NCBI GenBank assembly: GCA_021432655.1
Contig: MU271270.1
Location: 62,001-112,377 of the forward strand
Reading direction: 5' to 3'
Length of the DNA: 50,377 bases
From: Atractiella rhizophila
Lineage: Eukaryota
In this document: in pieces, positions 22,484-34,168 of the stretch
Position numbering within the stretch: the stretch's first letter is position 1
Layout of the letters: every line of letters begins with the position of its first letter
Position numbers and translations under genes: made by a program
Notes under the pieces: model-generated
What the model was told of the DNA's origin: nothing
Database searches by the model: none
Seen by the model: only the letters and a program-made list of their open reading frames with translations

Positions 22484-25400
22484 GATAAATAACTAGCGCC
22501 ATAAGCTACAATCCGTATGAAACGAACTGCTCAGAGAGAAAAGGGGCAGTAATACTAGGAAATGCCTTCGCCGTTCTGTTAGCTTTATAACCGTAGCACG
22601 TCGGGGGAGGCGCCTCATTCGAGGGCGGGAGAGAAGAGCCTCGCGGTGGCGTTGACCGATTCTAGAATGGTTCACTGACAGTTAAGGATCAATCTCGCGT
22701 CGTAATAGGAAGTAACGAGGCCTAAAGAAAAGGAGTGGAGAGGTAAGGAAAATATTGTGTTAGTGTTTTCTATCTATACATATGCTTTATTGCTTAAACA
22801 CATCAGATATTGAAACAAGACAAAGGGCTCGGGACTCAAGAGAAGTTGACTTTCACATAGATCGCGAAAGGGTAAGCACTATCTTGAATCGTGATTGTAT
22901 CTCCAGCCTGGCAGAGCTCCGATATCTTCTTCGAGAGATTCGGACGCGTTTGTTTCTCGAACTGCGGTGGTGCCTGAAAAACAAAATTGTGTCAATGAAC
23001 TAAACAAAGGAAGAAAAGAAGGAGAACATACTTGAAAGTACAGCTTCCTGGTCCCTATCAATAATGATGGCTTCTTGACTTGCCTGCAGAACCTTCATCA
23101 GCACTGCCTCACACTAAATTAATTGGTGAAGGCGGCACTCACGTATCGGGGCGCTCGATCAAACTGTCAATGAATTCCTGGAGCGTCCAATCACCATTCA
23201 CGTCGCTCTCCAGCGTCTCCGATCCGCAAACTGGACAGTCTGGCTTGCGATCAAGAGAAAATGTGTGGGTGTAGATGCCAACGTTTCCGGTAAACATCCT
23301 GCCCACAATCCCTTCAGCATCGTTCACTCAAAGCGTGAGAATGACGCACATATAGTTATCCAGTGACGGTGCGGACGTCGTGGCAAGCTTGAATGCCTCG
23401 TTGCAGCAAGCGGCTTCCTCGAACAAACCTCAATGAGAACTTCGACTTCGAAATAAGGAAGGAAAGGGGTACCAGCAATGATGGCGTTCGTGCTGGCAAT
23501 GGCAGGAATGATGCGCTTCACGACGCCTTGTGTCGACTGCCACGTGACACCTTCAATTTTGTACTTGTTCGCTCGTTCCGACGCCTGCTCGTACAACCAT
23601 TGGATGTGGTCGGGATCGTCATTGTCAAGCTTTTTGTCTACAGTGAGCGGAACAAGTTGGCCTTAAGTCTGGTGTCGTGGGAAAGAAAAGAGGAACGTCC
23701 TACCGCCAAACACACGCGGCCACTCGATGACGGAAGCCCACTCGATGCAGTGCTCGGGTAGACGAGGAGTAGAGGCTATTGTACAAATTGGGAAGGCGGT
23801 GGGAGGGGTGTGCATATCCAGCGAGCATTCATAGCACGCGTTGATGGTGGGTAAGATGACTCTTGCTTGGCCGCGAAAACCTGCAGTGATATCAGATTTA
23901 ATGTCGTAGGCAGCAGTAACCGATAGGAAACTGACCTTCTGTCCCTCCATCAATCATTGGTTTGAGTGATTCTGGGTCGTCTTCGTCTACCATTTGAACT
24001 AGTGTTGCATTGATCCATCGACGCGCTGGGATGGAGTCGAGGCCACATATTATGATGTTGAACTGCTTGTAATAAGCCTCATCCTTGTCTTGTATCTTTC
24101 CGTAGTACCTATCGCATCCGAAATATCAGCTTAAAGTAGCAGGGACAAGTTGACGAGAACGTACGGTGTGACTTTGACCTCAGATAAATAACTAGCGCCA
24201 TAAGCTACAATCCGTATGAAACGAACTGCTCAGAGAGAAAAGGGGCAGTAATACTAGGAAATGCCTTCGCCGTTCTGTTAGCTTTATAACCGTAGCACGT
24301 CGGGGGAGGCGCCTCATTCGAGGGCGGGAGAGAAGAGCCTCGCGGTGGCGTTGACCGATTCTAGAATGGTTCACTGACAGTTAAGGATCAATCTCGCGTC
24401 GTAATAGGAAGTAACGAGGCCTAAAGAAAAGGAGTGGAGAGGTAAGGAAAATATTGTGTTAGTGTTTTCTATCTATACATATGCTTTATTGCTTAAACAC
24501 ATCAGATATTGAAACAAGATAGAGGGCTCGGGTCTCAAGAGAAGTTGACTTTCACATAGATCGCGAAAGGGTAAGCACTATCTTGAATCGTGATTGTATC
24601 TCCGGTCTGGCAGAGCTCCGATATCTTCTTCTTGAGATTAGGACGCGTTTGTTTCTCGAACTGCGGTGGTGCCTGAAAAACAAAATTGTGTCAATGAACT
24701 AAACAAAGGCAGAAAAGAAGAACATACTTGAAAGTACAGCTTCCTGGTCCCAATCAATAATGATGGCTTCTTGACTTGCCTGCAGAACCTCGTCAGCATT
24801 GCCTTGCACTAAATAGTTGGGTGAATGGGACTCACGTATCCGGGCGCTCGATCAAACTGTCAATGAATTCCTGGAGCGTCCAATCGCCATTCACGTCGCT
24901 CTCCAGCGTCTCAGATCCGCAAACTGGACATTCTGGCTTGCGTTCAAGAGAAAATGTGTGGGTGTAGATGCCAACGTTTCCGGTGAACATCCTGCCCTCG
25001 ATTCCTTCAGCATTGTTCATTCAGGTTGAGAGAATGACGCACATGTAGTTGTCCAGTGATGGCGCGGACGTCGTGGCAAGCTTGAATGCCTCGTTGCAGC
25101 AAGCGGCTATCTCGAACAAACCTCAATGAGAACCTCGACTTCGAAATAGGGAGGAAAGGGTACCAGCAATGATGGCGTTCGTGCTGGCAATGGCAGGAAT
25201 GATGCGCTTCACGACGCCTTGTGTTGACTGCCACGTGACACCTTCAATTTTGTACTTGTTCGCTCGTTCCGACGCCTGCTCGTACAACCATTGGATGTGG
25301 TCGGGATCGTCATTGTCGAGCTTTTTGTCTACAGCGAGCGGAACAAGTTGACCTTAAGTTTGGTGTCGTGGGAAAGAAAAGAGGGACGACGAACCGCCAA

Positions 25401-25873
25401 ACACACGCGGCCACTCGATGACGGAAGCCCACTCGATGCAATGCTCGGGTAGACGAGGAGTAGAGGCTATTGTACAAATTGGGAAGGCGGTGGGAGGGGT
25501 GTGCATATCTAGCGAGCATTCATAGCACGCATTGATGGTGGGTAAGATGACTCTTGCTTGACCGCGGAAACCTGCAGTGATATCAGATTTAATGTCGTAG
25601 GCAGCAGCAACCGATAGGAACCCGACCTTCTGTCCCTCCATCAATCATTGGTTTGAGTGATTCTGGGTCGTCTTCGTCTACCATTTGAACTAGTGTTGCA
25701 TTGATCCATCGACGCGCTGGGATGGAGTCGAGACCACATATTATGATATTGAACTGCTTATAATAAGCCTCATCCTTGTCTTGTATCTTTCCGTAGTACC
25801 TGTCGCATCCGAAATATCAGCTTAGAAAAAGCAGGGATAGGTTCACGAGAACGTACGGTGTGACTTTGACCTC
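22484..25873 (+). repeat. Tandem duplication 2: 22484-24181 and 24183-25873 (UBA3 3' two-thirds plus downstream flank)
   Basis: Offset ~1699 nt. First ~300 nt identical; the genic part has many intronic and synonymous differences. Junction A at 24182 matches neither flank. Confidence 0.97.
22836..24181 (-). pseudogene. UBA3: 5'-truncated UBA3 copy (probably the second allele / assembly duplicate)
   Basis: Begins mid-gene at ..EVKVTP with no start codon; retains [11 protein letters not shown] and [18 protein letters not shown]. Confidence 0.75.
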
Positions 25874-26305
25874 GGGACAACGACGCATAATGAATTCAGC
25901 AGCAACAGTAGCCTTTGGTTTCCCGACGTCTGCGTCTCTTCGTGCATACGAAGACACGTCAATCTCCCTATTCTCACCTATGAACGCCAGCAAACAGAGA
26001 AGACATACCTAAAGAGAAACTGTCTGTTCAGGTTGGAAATATCGATGGTATCCATATCAATAACGTGAATGTCTCTGAATCCCATCTTGGACAGATTGGC
26101 CAATATCTCGCACCCCAACCCTCCCGCACCAATAACTAATATCTTGCATTCATTTTGGAGGAAATCGCGCGCCTTCACCATGGTCAGAAACGCCCCGGGA
26201 AAGCAAGGATAGACGCACCGTTTGGCCGCCCACAAACGCTTCATCAGTGAATGGGCCGGGGCGATCTAACACTCTGTCAATGTGCCAGTTGGGATTCGAA
26301 GACAT
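24535..26305 (-). CDS. UBA3: NEDD8-activating enzyme E1 catalytic subunit
   Basis: [82 protein letters not shown]. Confidence 0.95.
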
Positions 26306-26423
26306 TTCGTTCGACCTGACTGAGATCGAGTGTTCGTTTCTGCGCCCACGCACGACATCGCGCGACTGACGCTGCGTCCCGAAAACGACCAAGTGACGTG
26401 CAAAGTCTTCCAAGACAGCAACG

Positions 26424-28326
26424 ATGCCGACGACTCCAACGACCAATCCAAAGCTGAAAAGCTACTACATTCCGTCACAGCATCTTCCAAATCTCAAACA
26501 GTACAAATACAGCGGCGCAGACCACTCATTGATCTCCGTACGTGTCTCATATTATTTCATGTGGGATGGTGTGTGCATGGCCTTACAACGCTTTGTCCTT
26601 TCAGCGCTACCTCCTCAGCCCATTCTGGAACCGTTTTGTCACTTTGTTCCCCAAGCGCGTCGCCCCGAATGTCATAACACTCACGGGTCTCTCATTCGTG
26701 ATCATCAACTTCATCTCCTTGCTCTACTACAACCCATCTCTCAACTGCGTGCCCAAGCCTCTCCACGTGTCTCAAGGGGGAACCTGGGACCCTCTGTTCC
26801 CTCCACCGGAAGCTCTCGCGTCTGCTCCGGTTGCGCAAGCAACCAGCTGGTTCACGTCCTTTGTATCCAAGCTATATCCGTCCAAAACTCCACCTCCAGC
26901 CGTCATAGGAACGATTGGAGGAGAAGGATGTCGATCTACAAGCGGGTGGCTTTACGCGTCTTGGGCTCTCGGATTGTTCTTGTACCAGACATTCGACGCG
27001 GTGGATGGAAAGCAAGCTCGTCGCACAGGCACAGGTGGGCCTTTAGGAGAGATGTTTGATCACGGTTGTGATGCTCTGAATACGACGCTCGAGGTCATCT
27101 TGACGGCGTCTGCGCTTAATTTGGGAATGAGCTGGTGGACCATCGCTTCTCAAGCTGCAACGCTTGCGAACTTTTATTTGACGACTTGGGAGGAGTATCA
27201 TACCGGCACTCTGTACCTCTCTGCCTTCTCAGGACCGGTGGAAGGTATCCTCATAATCATTGGTATTTACATCGTAACAGCTTTCAAAGGTACGTCTCAA
27301 ATCAAATCCCATCCGATACAACAAAAGCTGAACATGGGTTCTGCAGGTCCGGGATTCTGGGACCATGGAATCTTAAGCGTCACCGGTCTCTCCTCTCTTC
27401 CCATCTTGCAAAAAGGCGGCCGCCTTTACCCTTACGCAAAAGATCTCCCTCTGAACGACTGTTTCCTCCTATTCGGTGGAGCTGGACTGTGTTTCAACAT
27501 ACTCACATCCTACACGAACGTCCTCCGTTCTATCCGCATGAAGCTGAAAGCTCAACCGACACAAAACGGAAAGCCCAAATTCGTTGGAATCGCGAAAGCC
27601 CTCAAACCGCTCCTTGGACTCGCTCCCTTTGCTGGACAGTCCGCCATCGTTTATTTCTGGCTTCACGAGCAGCCTGTCATCCTTAGGAGGAACATCATCC
27701 CTTTCCAGCTTTTCTGGGGCTTGACCTTTGCCTACCAAGTCGGACTCCTCATCACTTCCCACACCACTAAACTGCCAAACTTCCCCTGGTTCAATCTTCT
27801 GACGGTGTGGAGCGCGGCGATGTGCCTCGATGCGAATGTCGCAAAGATTGGCAAGTTGGTCGGATTGAACATCACCGGCTTACTCCACGATGGTGGTCAA
27901 AGGAGCATTTGGACCGTATATGCAAGCTTAGCGCTCGCAGCGGCGACGTATGCGTTCTTTGTCTACGATGTCGTCGGCGTGATCTGCGCTTACCTCGATA
28001 TCAAGTTCGTCGTCTCCTATCTCTCACTAACCCCTGCTGAAGTGTTTTTTTTTGACAACAGCTGCCTGACGATCAAACACTACAAGCCTGACCCGAACGA
28101 AAAGTCGCTCTTGAAGTCAATCTCTTCTGCTCTCTCATCCGGCCTCTCTCGCACACCTCCCGTTCCACCGAGCAAGCCTACAAATCCTCCTCCCACTGAA
28201 TCTTACGCTGCTGTGACCGCCACTTCGTCCGCAACGTCCTCTAATCTGCCTGCGACTCAGGATACGGACGATGACTCCGTCAAAGAGGGGGGAAGGAGGA
28301 GAAGGATGAAGTGGGGACGGAAGTGA
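26424..28326 (+). CDS. EPT1: Choline/ethanolamine phosphotransferase (EPT1/CPT1 family)
   Basis: LKQYKYSGADHSLIS|RYLLSPFWN..VAPNVITL; CDP-alcohol motif DAVDGKQARRTGTGGPLGEMFDHGCD; TWEEYHTGTLYL..GPVEG. Confidence 0.93.
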
Positions 28327-28628
28327 AGTGATTGACTTCCCCATATCGGTGGTTTGAGGCTTATTGCTGTGTTTGGTTGATGTGTTGACTCTATGTTGAA
28401 GTTTAAGAGACTGTTTCAAATTTGCTACAGCCTAGGACATCCTTAATGTTACGGAGTGATTATGATTCTATCTATCTATGCGAGGAAGACAAATTAGAAT
28501 ACAGCGATGTATATACTGAACAAGTATGATATATCCCGGTAATACTCATGGCACCTACTCAATAGATCCAAGGTCTCGAAATGTCCAATTTAGAGAAAGA
28601 GATGAACGAAGGAAAGGGGGTCGAATCA

Positions 28629-29587
28629 TCACCGCGTCATTGCGTAGAAGAAAAGGACACAACATACTCCCGTCACGCAGCCGAGGATGACCGTGTCACG
28701 CCTTCTTCGAGAAGATATCATCCCCAATAATGAGTTGAGACCAGGGATTTGTGCTGGACAATCGTGCAAACGTTTTCAATACTGCGCGTCTAGGAGGTAA
28801 GAGGACTAACCTAGCACACCTCCCATCCGCATGTTTACACCTGAAAGATGAGTACGTTGGCGAGAGAACTCAGCTCTTGTCTCGTACGCTTGACTATACA
28901 GAGTATGAGGAGCATGATATGGGAAGAAAATGACACGAACTTGAGCACATCGTCCATTAGACGATCAGAGCTGTCTATTCGACTTCGCTCGTTCAGCAGC
29001 ATGTCGGACGCCGACGATGACTTGAATGCACTGAAATAATTCAATAGGTATACGTTCGCAAACGATGGAGAGAAAGGGATACCTGATTTCTTCTCTTACT
29101 GAACCAAGGAGATTGGCGCGTGCCTCCGCTTCTTTCAAGCTTGTCTGAGAACTCCGTTTCAACACGAGAACCAGCGCACAAAACCAACACAACAAACCTG
29201 TGTCCGCTTGAAATCACGCACGTAGTCCTGGTGGATCTCGCGGTGTCGTTGTACAGTCAAAACTTGCGAGGACGAGGCCGGAGGATTGGAGTTGTTAAGC
29301 AAGCTCTGCATCTGCTCTACAAAGCTTGCAAGCTTGAATTATTCAAACAAAGGGAAGCAGAACCATCGCTCAATCACCATCCCATGGAGCAGTGAGTGAA
29401 GACACACCTTACCCAACCCCTCCTCTAGCTCCTTCTCCACGCTCTTGTACTCTCCTTTCACATCTTTGTTCAGGATGCCAGAGCTCGAGTAAGTCGTCGA
29501 GACTTGCGCAGCGAGCTTGGAATAGGTGGTAAGAAGGGTGGAGAGGTCGTTTTCCAGCGTCCTGACTTGTCGGCGGAGGTCATCCAT
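28629..29587 (-). CDS. GOS1: Golgi Qb-SNARE GOS1/GOSR1
   Basis: MDDLRRQVRTLE..YSK, VQRHREIHQDYVRDFKRT, ARANLLGSVREEI, MLLNERSRIDSS..QAYETRAEF..QR, IPGLNSLLGMISSRRRRDTVILG followed by a C-terminal TM anchor. Confidence 0.93.
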
Positions 29588-29725
29588 GTCGTGTTGAAGT
29601 GTTGAAGTTGGGTGATGATGATGATCTTGGATAATGATGAACTTTGCACGTGCGAAAACAGCTTTTCAACAGATTCAAAACAGTGCTGATCACTAGAGCA
29701 AGCATGCACAACAGCACTGAAATTG

Positions 29726-30122
29726 TTAATCCAAAACAATTATCTCTTTGATCAAGGGCATATCTTCATCCTTCGCGTGTTTCGGTTTCTTCCAAAGTGG
29801 TTGCGGTGGAGGGGGTGTCTGCTCCAAATCTATCGGTTCTTCTTTGCTGCCTTGACCAGGGTTTAAAGCCGAAGAATTCAGTTTAATTGGATCTTCTGAA
29901 CTTTCTTCCTGTCCTAACTCGTTAGCGCACATGTCAGCACCGAGATAGAAAGTTTCGTACTTTGTGAGGAGTAGTATCTCGAGACCTCTTCTTCGAACTT
30001 GATTTGTTACTGCGTTCAAAGCTGATCCCTAGAAACGTTTCGAGAACTTCTACATCCGATACCTATTGATAAGCCTTAATTCTGTTTGTGGATCATAGGA
30101 AATGAACTAACCTCTTTTTCGA
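29726..30122 (-). pseudogene. Duplicated 3' fragment of the DUF7918-like gene
   Basis: Copy of 30831-31227; ends in ..KEIIVLD*. Confidence 0.7.
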
Positions 30123-30696
30123 GACGATGACTTGAATGCACTGAAATAATTCAATAGGTATACGTTCGCAAACGATGGAGAGAAAGGGATACCTGATTTC
30201 TTCTCTTACTGAACCAAGGAGATTGGCGCGTGCCTCCGCTTCTTTCAAGCTTGTCTGAGAACTCCGTTTCAACACGAGAACCAGCGCACAAAACCAACAC
30301 AACAAACCTGTGTCCGCTTGAAATCACGCACGTAGTCCTGGTGGATCTCGCGGTGTCGTTGTACAGTCAAAACTTGCGAGGACGAGGCCGGAGGATTGGA
30401 GTTGTTAAGCAAGCTCTGCATCTGCTCCACAAAGCTTGCAAGCTTGGATTATCCAAACAAAGGGAAGCAGAACCATCGCTCAATCATCACCCCATGGAGC
30501 ATCGATGAAGACACACCTTACCCAAACCCTCCTCTAGCTCCTTCTCCACGCTCTTGTACTCTCCTTTCACATCTTTGTTCAGGATGCCAGAGCTCGAGTA
30601 AGTCGTCGAGACTTGCGCTGCGAGCTTGGAATAGGTTGTAAGAAGGGTGGAGAGGTCGTTTTCCAGCGTCCTGACTTGTCGGCGGAGGTCATCCAT
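30123..30696 (-). pseudogene. GOS1: 3'-truncated GOS1 copy (probably the second allele / assembly duplicate)
   Basis: Same N-terminal exons as 29587-29013, broken at the junction after SAFKSS. Confidence 0.75.
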
Positions 30697-30830
30697 GTCG
30701 TGTCGAAGTGTTGAGTGAGAGTTGGGATGATGATGATGATCTTGGATAATGATGAACTTTGCACGTGCGAGAACAGCTTTTCAACAGATGCTAATCACTA
30801 GAGCAAGCATGCACAACAACACTGACATTG

Positions 30831-32067
30831 TTAATCCAAAACAATTATCACTTTGATCAAGGGCATATCTTCATCATTCGCGTGTTTCGGTTTCTTCCAA
30901 AGTGGTTGCGGTGGAGGGGGCGTCTCCTCCAAATCTATCGGTTCTTCTTTGCTGCCTTGACCAGGGTTTAAAGCCGAAGAATTCAGTTTAATTGGATCTT
31001 CTGAACTTTCTTCCTGTGCTAACTCGTTAGCGCACATGTCAGCACCGAGATAGAAAGTTTCGTACTTTGTGAGGAGTAGTATCTCGAGACCTCTTCTTCG
31101 AACTTGATTTGTTACTGCGTTCAAAGCTGATCCCTAGAAACGTTTCGAGAACTTCTACATCCGATACCTATTGATAAGCCTTAATTCTGTTTGTGGATCA
31201 TAGGAAATGAACTAACCTCTTTTTCGATAATAAAACACAAACTCAAACCATGGTGCTCCAGGCGAGTCAAACTCCGTCCACTCCACTTTCTGCCTCTTGA
31301 AATTAATCTTTTCTTCTTTAGCAAAGACAGTCTGGCTAGAAGTCGTCAGTCCGCTCTTAGCTTGCGCACTGAAGGACTTGTTCCAGTCGTTTGGGAGGCA
31401 GGGGACGTCCCGCGTGGAGAGTGAGCCTGTGTAGCCGCGGTAGACTTTCATTCGGATTGATCCTACCTGTGAAGCAACACTGACAGTCAGGATCGACGCT
31501 CTGGAGAGCGGAAGAAGCAATTGTGAACAGACGCACATTCGCTGTGATTGGGTCATCGGTGCAGCATATTCCATCGTCTTCATCTACTAGCTTGAGGTCA
31601 CTGAATTCGTATGGCTTGATAGTGTTCGCGTTCATGTGTACTCCAGAAGTCGTGATCTTCTTACCATAGCAGCGAGAGTCATAAATCATCTTCTGCGTTC
31701 GCAGGCCACTGAGAAATGTATCAGCTTGTCTTCGCCAGTGCTGGAATGCAGGACGCGCTCAATGTAACAATCAAAAGCCAATTCCTGATCACTGTTGTAG
31801 GAGACGGCTGATATCTCCATCACAATTCCGTCAGGGTCACTGTTAGGAAGTGCAGGCGGATCACACCTTGAACTGCTTTCCGGTGGTAGCTTCAATGTAG
31901 CAAGAACATTGGTTCTTCTGTTCGTCCAAATTGAATCTATACTCCTCGAGTGGCTTATTATCCACATATACATGTGTCTTCAAACCATATTTGCGGATGT
32001 AACTAATATATAATAGAGATTCAGCCTTTTCATTGAACTTGGATGACAAGAGAGAAGCAAACGGCAT
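30831..32067 (-). CDS. Fungal DUF7918-like protein, paralog A
   Basis: ATGCC|intron|T YIRKYGLKTHVYVDNKPLEEY..CSCYIEATTGKQFK..DEDDGICCTDDPITAN|VGSIRMKVYRG..PWFEFVFYYR..IIVLD*. Family name recalled from the VD..PL.EY/CYIEA..G..F pattern. Confidence 0.75.
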
Positions 32068-32395
32068 GATGAGTTCCAGAGTCTCGAAAGGCATTAATTA
32101 TTTAAGATGCTGCTTAAATGATTGCTTTCTCCTCGGGAGACTCCATTACCATAGGCGCAAGAGTCTAGAGGTCCAGGAAGGAGAGCGAGAACTTAAACGG
32201 AGAGCTTCCGGTTGTTTGCTAATATTTGCATTTGCGTGCCGTAGCAAATGACACTCCGGCTGGCTGGATAAGCTGCTCAACAACACAACAGCAACTCACC
32301 TTAGCTCACCGTTGCAAGAGATTTGAGAAGGAGGAATCTGAGATCTCAGACGTAGCTGATCCAGAAATCTTCGCGTTAATAGCATTCTTTCAACT

Positions 32396-33716
32396 ATGCC
32401 GTACGTCGTTCTTGTGGTTGTTGCTGCCTCATTGGTGTTCTGACCTTTCTTCCTCTAGTGCTTTAGAACGGTTAGGGATTCAGTGTAGTGTATTAGTGGA
32501 TGATGAACCTCTTCCTGAGTATAAAGTGGAAGCGAAAGAAGCGAGCGCACAGTGCTTCATTGAGTCCAAATCCGGCCAGAGATTCAAGGTGTGTATTCTT
32601 CCTTTCTATGGAGTACCCAACTCAGACTTCCGTGAGCAGATTAAATTCCAGAAGATAGATGATTCACGTCCAGCCATGACGGACGGATTCGACCTGAGTG
32701 TTCGGTTCTGGATTGATGGTGCGTTCCACAACCGACTTTATTCAGGAGCTGAGTGATCTCTCAGGTACATGGGCTCAGAGTATCTCCTATCAACACCCAT
32801 TTAGAAAAGGGGGAGCAACCTCAGAAGGTATACGAGAGACGGCAAACAGTCGGAGACCGTACGAATTTCAGGACATCAATATTGTAGACGAGGATGATCC
32901 GAATTGCTGCGAAGACGAACGTGTGATAAGAAATGTGCACTCTTCCCTGTTCCCTCGTTTCATGCAGGTCTGTCTTACTCTGGGCTTGCAGCTCGGATCA
33001 ATACAAGTTAAATGTTATCGAGGAAACATTGGTACGTTCTTTTTCCTTCCTGTGAGATCCCCATGTTTATTCATTGACATTACATTTGGGTCAGGTGCTG
33101 CCACCAGGTTCCAGCCACCGTCAGAAATTATTGGATCCAAATCCTTCAACGAAAAATCGAAAAAAGCGCGTTTATCCAACCAAACCAAGCGCGTCATCCC
33201 TTCTTCCTTCATGTTCCTCGCTAAAGTTTTGTTTATCTTAGTCTTGGGGATGCCATACCTTGTACAGACAAGGGATTCGTCAAATTTGACTCCATTGATG
33301 GAGATAACCGTCCATGGGCGGAATTCACTTTTCACTATCGCTCAAGGACACTCCTTGAGTTAGAGGAAGGTATTGAACTTCGTTCGTCGCCCTCCCCTCA
33401 CCGACAGACAAAAGGCAACGACTCAAACTGATGTCTACGGCAGATCCATTACATGATGAACAAGATGAGGAGGAGGAAATACAGATTTTGGAGGTGATGA
33501 AGGAGGTGAAGAAGGAAGACGTGAAGCCTTCGATCAAGAAATTTGAAGAGGCGGAGGAGCGCAGATCCGGTTCGTTCCATCACTCATCACGCTCTCCAGG
33601 GCTTGAAATCTGTTTAGGGTCCAAGTGGGAAGGTTGAACCCATCGACATTGACGCGTTACCGGATCTTCCAATCAAAAAACCGAAGAAGGAGAAGGCCGT
33701 CATTGTGCTCGACTGA
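32396..33716 (+). CDS. Fungal DUF7918-like protein, paralog B (last splice junction uncertain)
   Basis: ATGCC|intron|T ALERLGIQCSVLVDDEPLPEY..QCFIESKSGQRFK..DEDDPNCCEDERVIRN|LGSIQVKCYRG..PWAEFTFHYRS..EPIDID..KKPK..VIVLD*. Confidence 0.75.
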
Positions 33717-34168
33717 TTTTTGTAGCCTCGCCATGTTGTGTTTTCTTATTTTCTCTCCAAACAGAATTTTATTCGAACTTCAACTGAATGGCCTTTCGTG
33801 TTCTCTGACAATCTGTCAGGTTGTATATTCCTTTGCTCTCAAGCTTTGTGCGCAATTCAGCCCATTTATGGATCAATGAATCGACAACAGAAGATTCGAA
33901 TGTTTGTAAGCCTGGTGATCCAACTAAGCATCACCTCCTGCATACCTGAGTCCGGCGATGTTACCAAACTCCTGACTGGCAATATTGAGCTCTGCCTCTC
34001 ATAAATCACTCGGTTTAGCTGTCTCAGAGCCGTCTGGGTCCATGTCATTTTGAAGTTCCGGCAGTTGATTGGCTACATGGGAGAGCGAAGGCAGGGGATG
34101 AGAGACGAGAGGATACTGTATGACTATGCACAATCCTGCGTGTCCACTGGCTCCAGCCTGCTGGCCGG

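Larger units (their letters stand above)
29013..31227 (+). repeat. Tandem duplication 3: 29013-30122 and 30123-31227 (GOS1 5' half plus 3' end of the DUF7918-like gene)
   Basis: Offset ~1110 nt; SNPs and small indels; junction ..TTTTTCG-A-GACGATG at 30122. Confidence 0.97.

Noticed and set aside
22493..24374. Identical 60-aa ORFs (MNHSRIGQ..) at 22493-22675 and 24192-24374
   Set aside because: Non-ATG start, no motif; identity simply reflects duplication 2.
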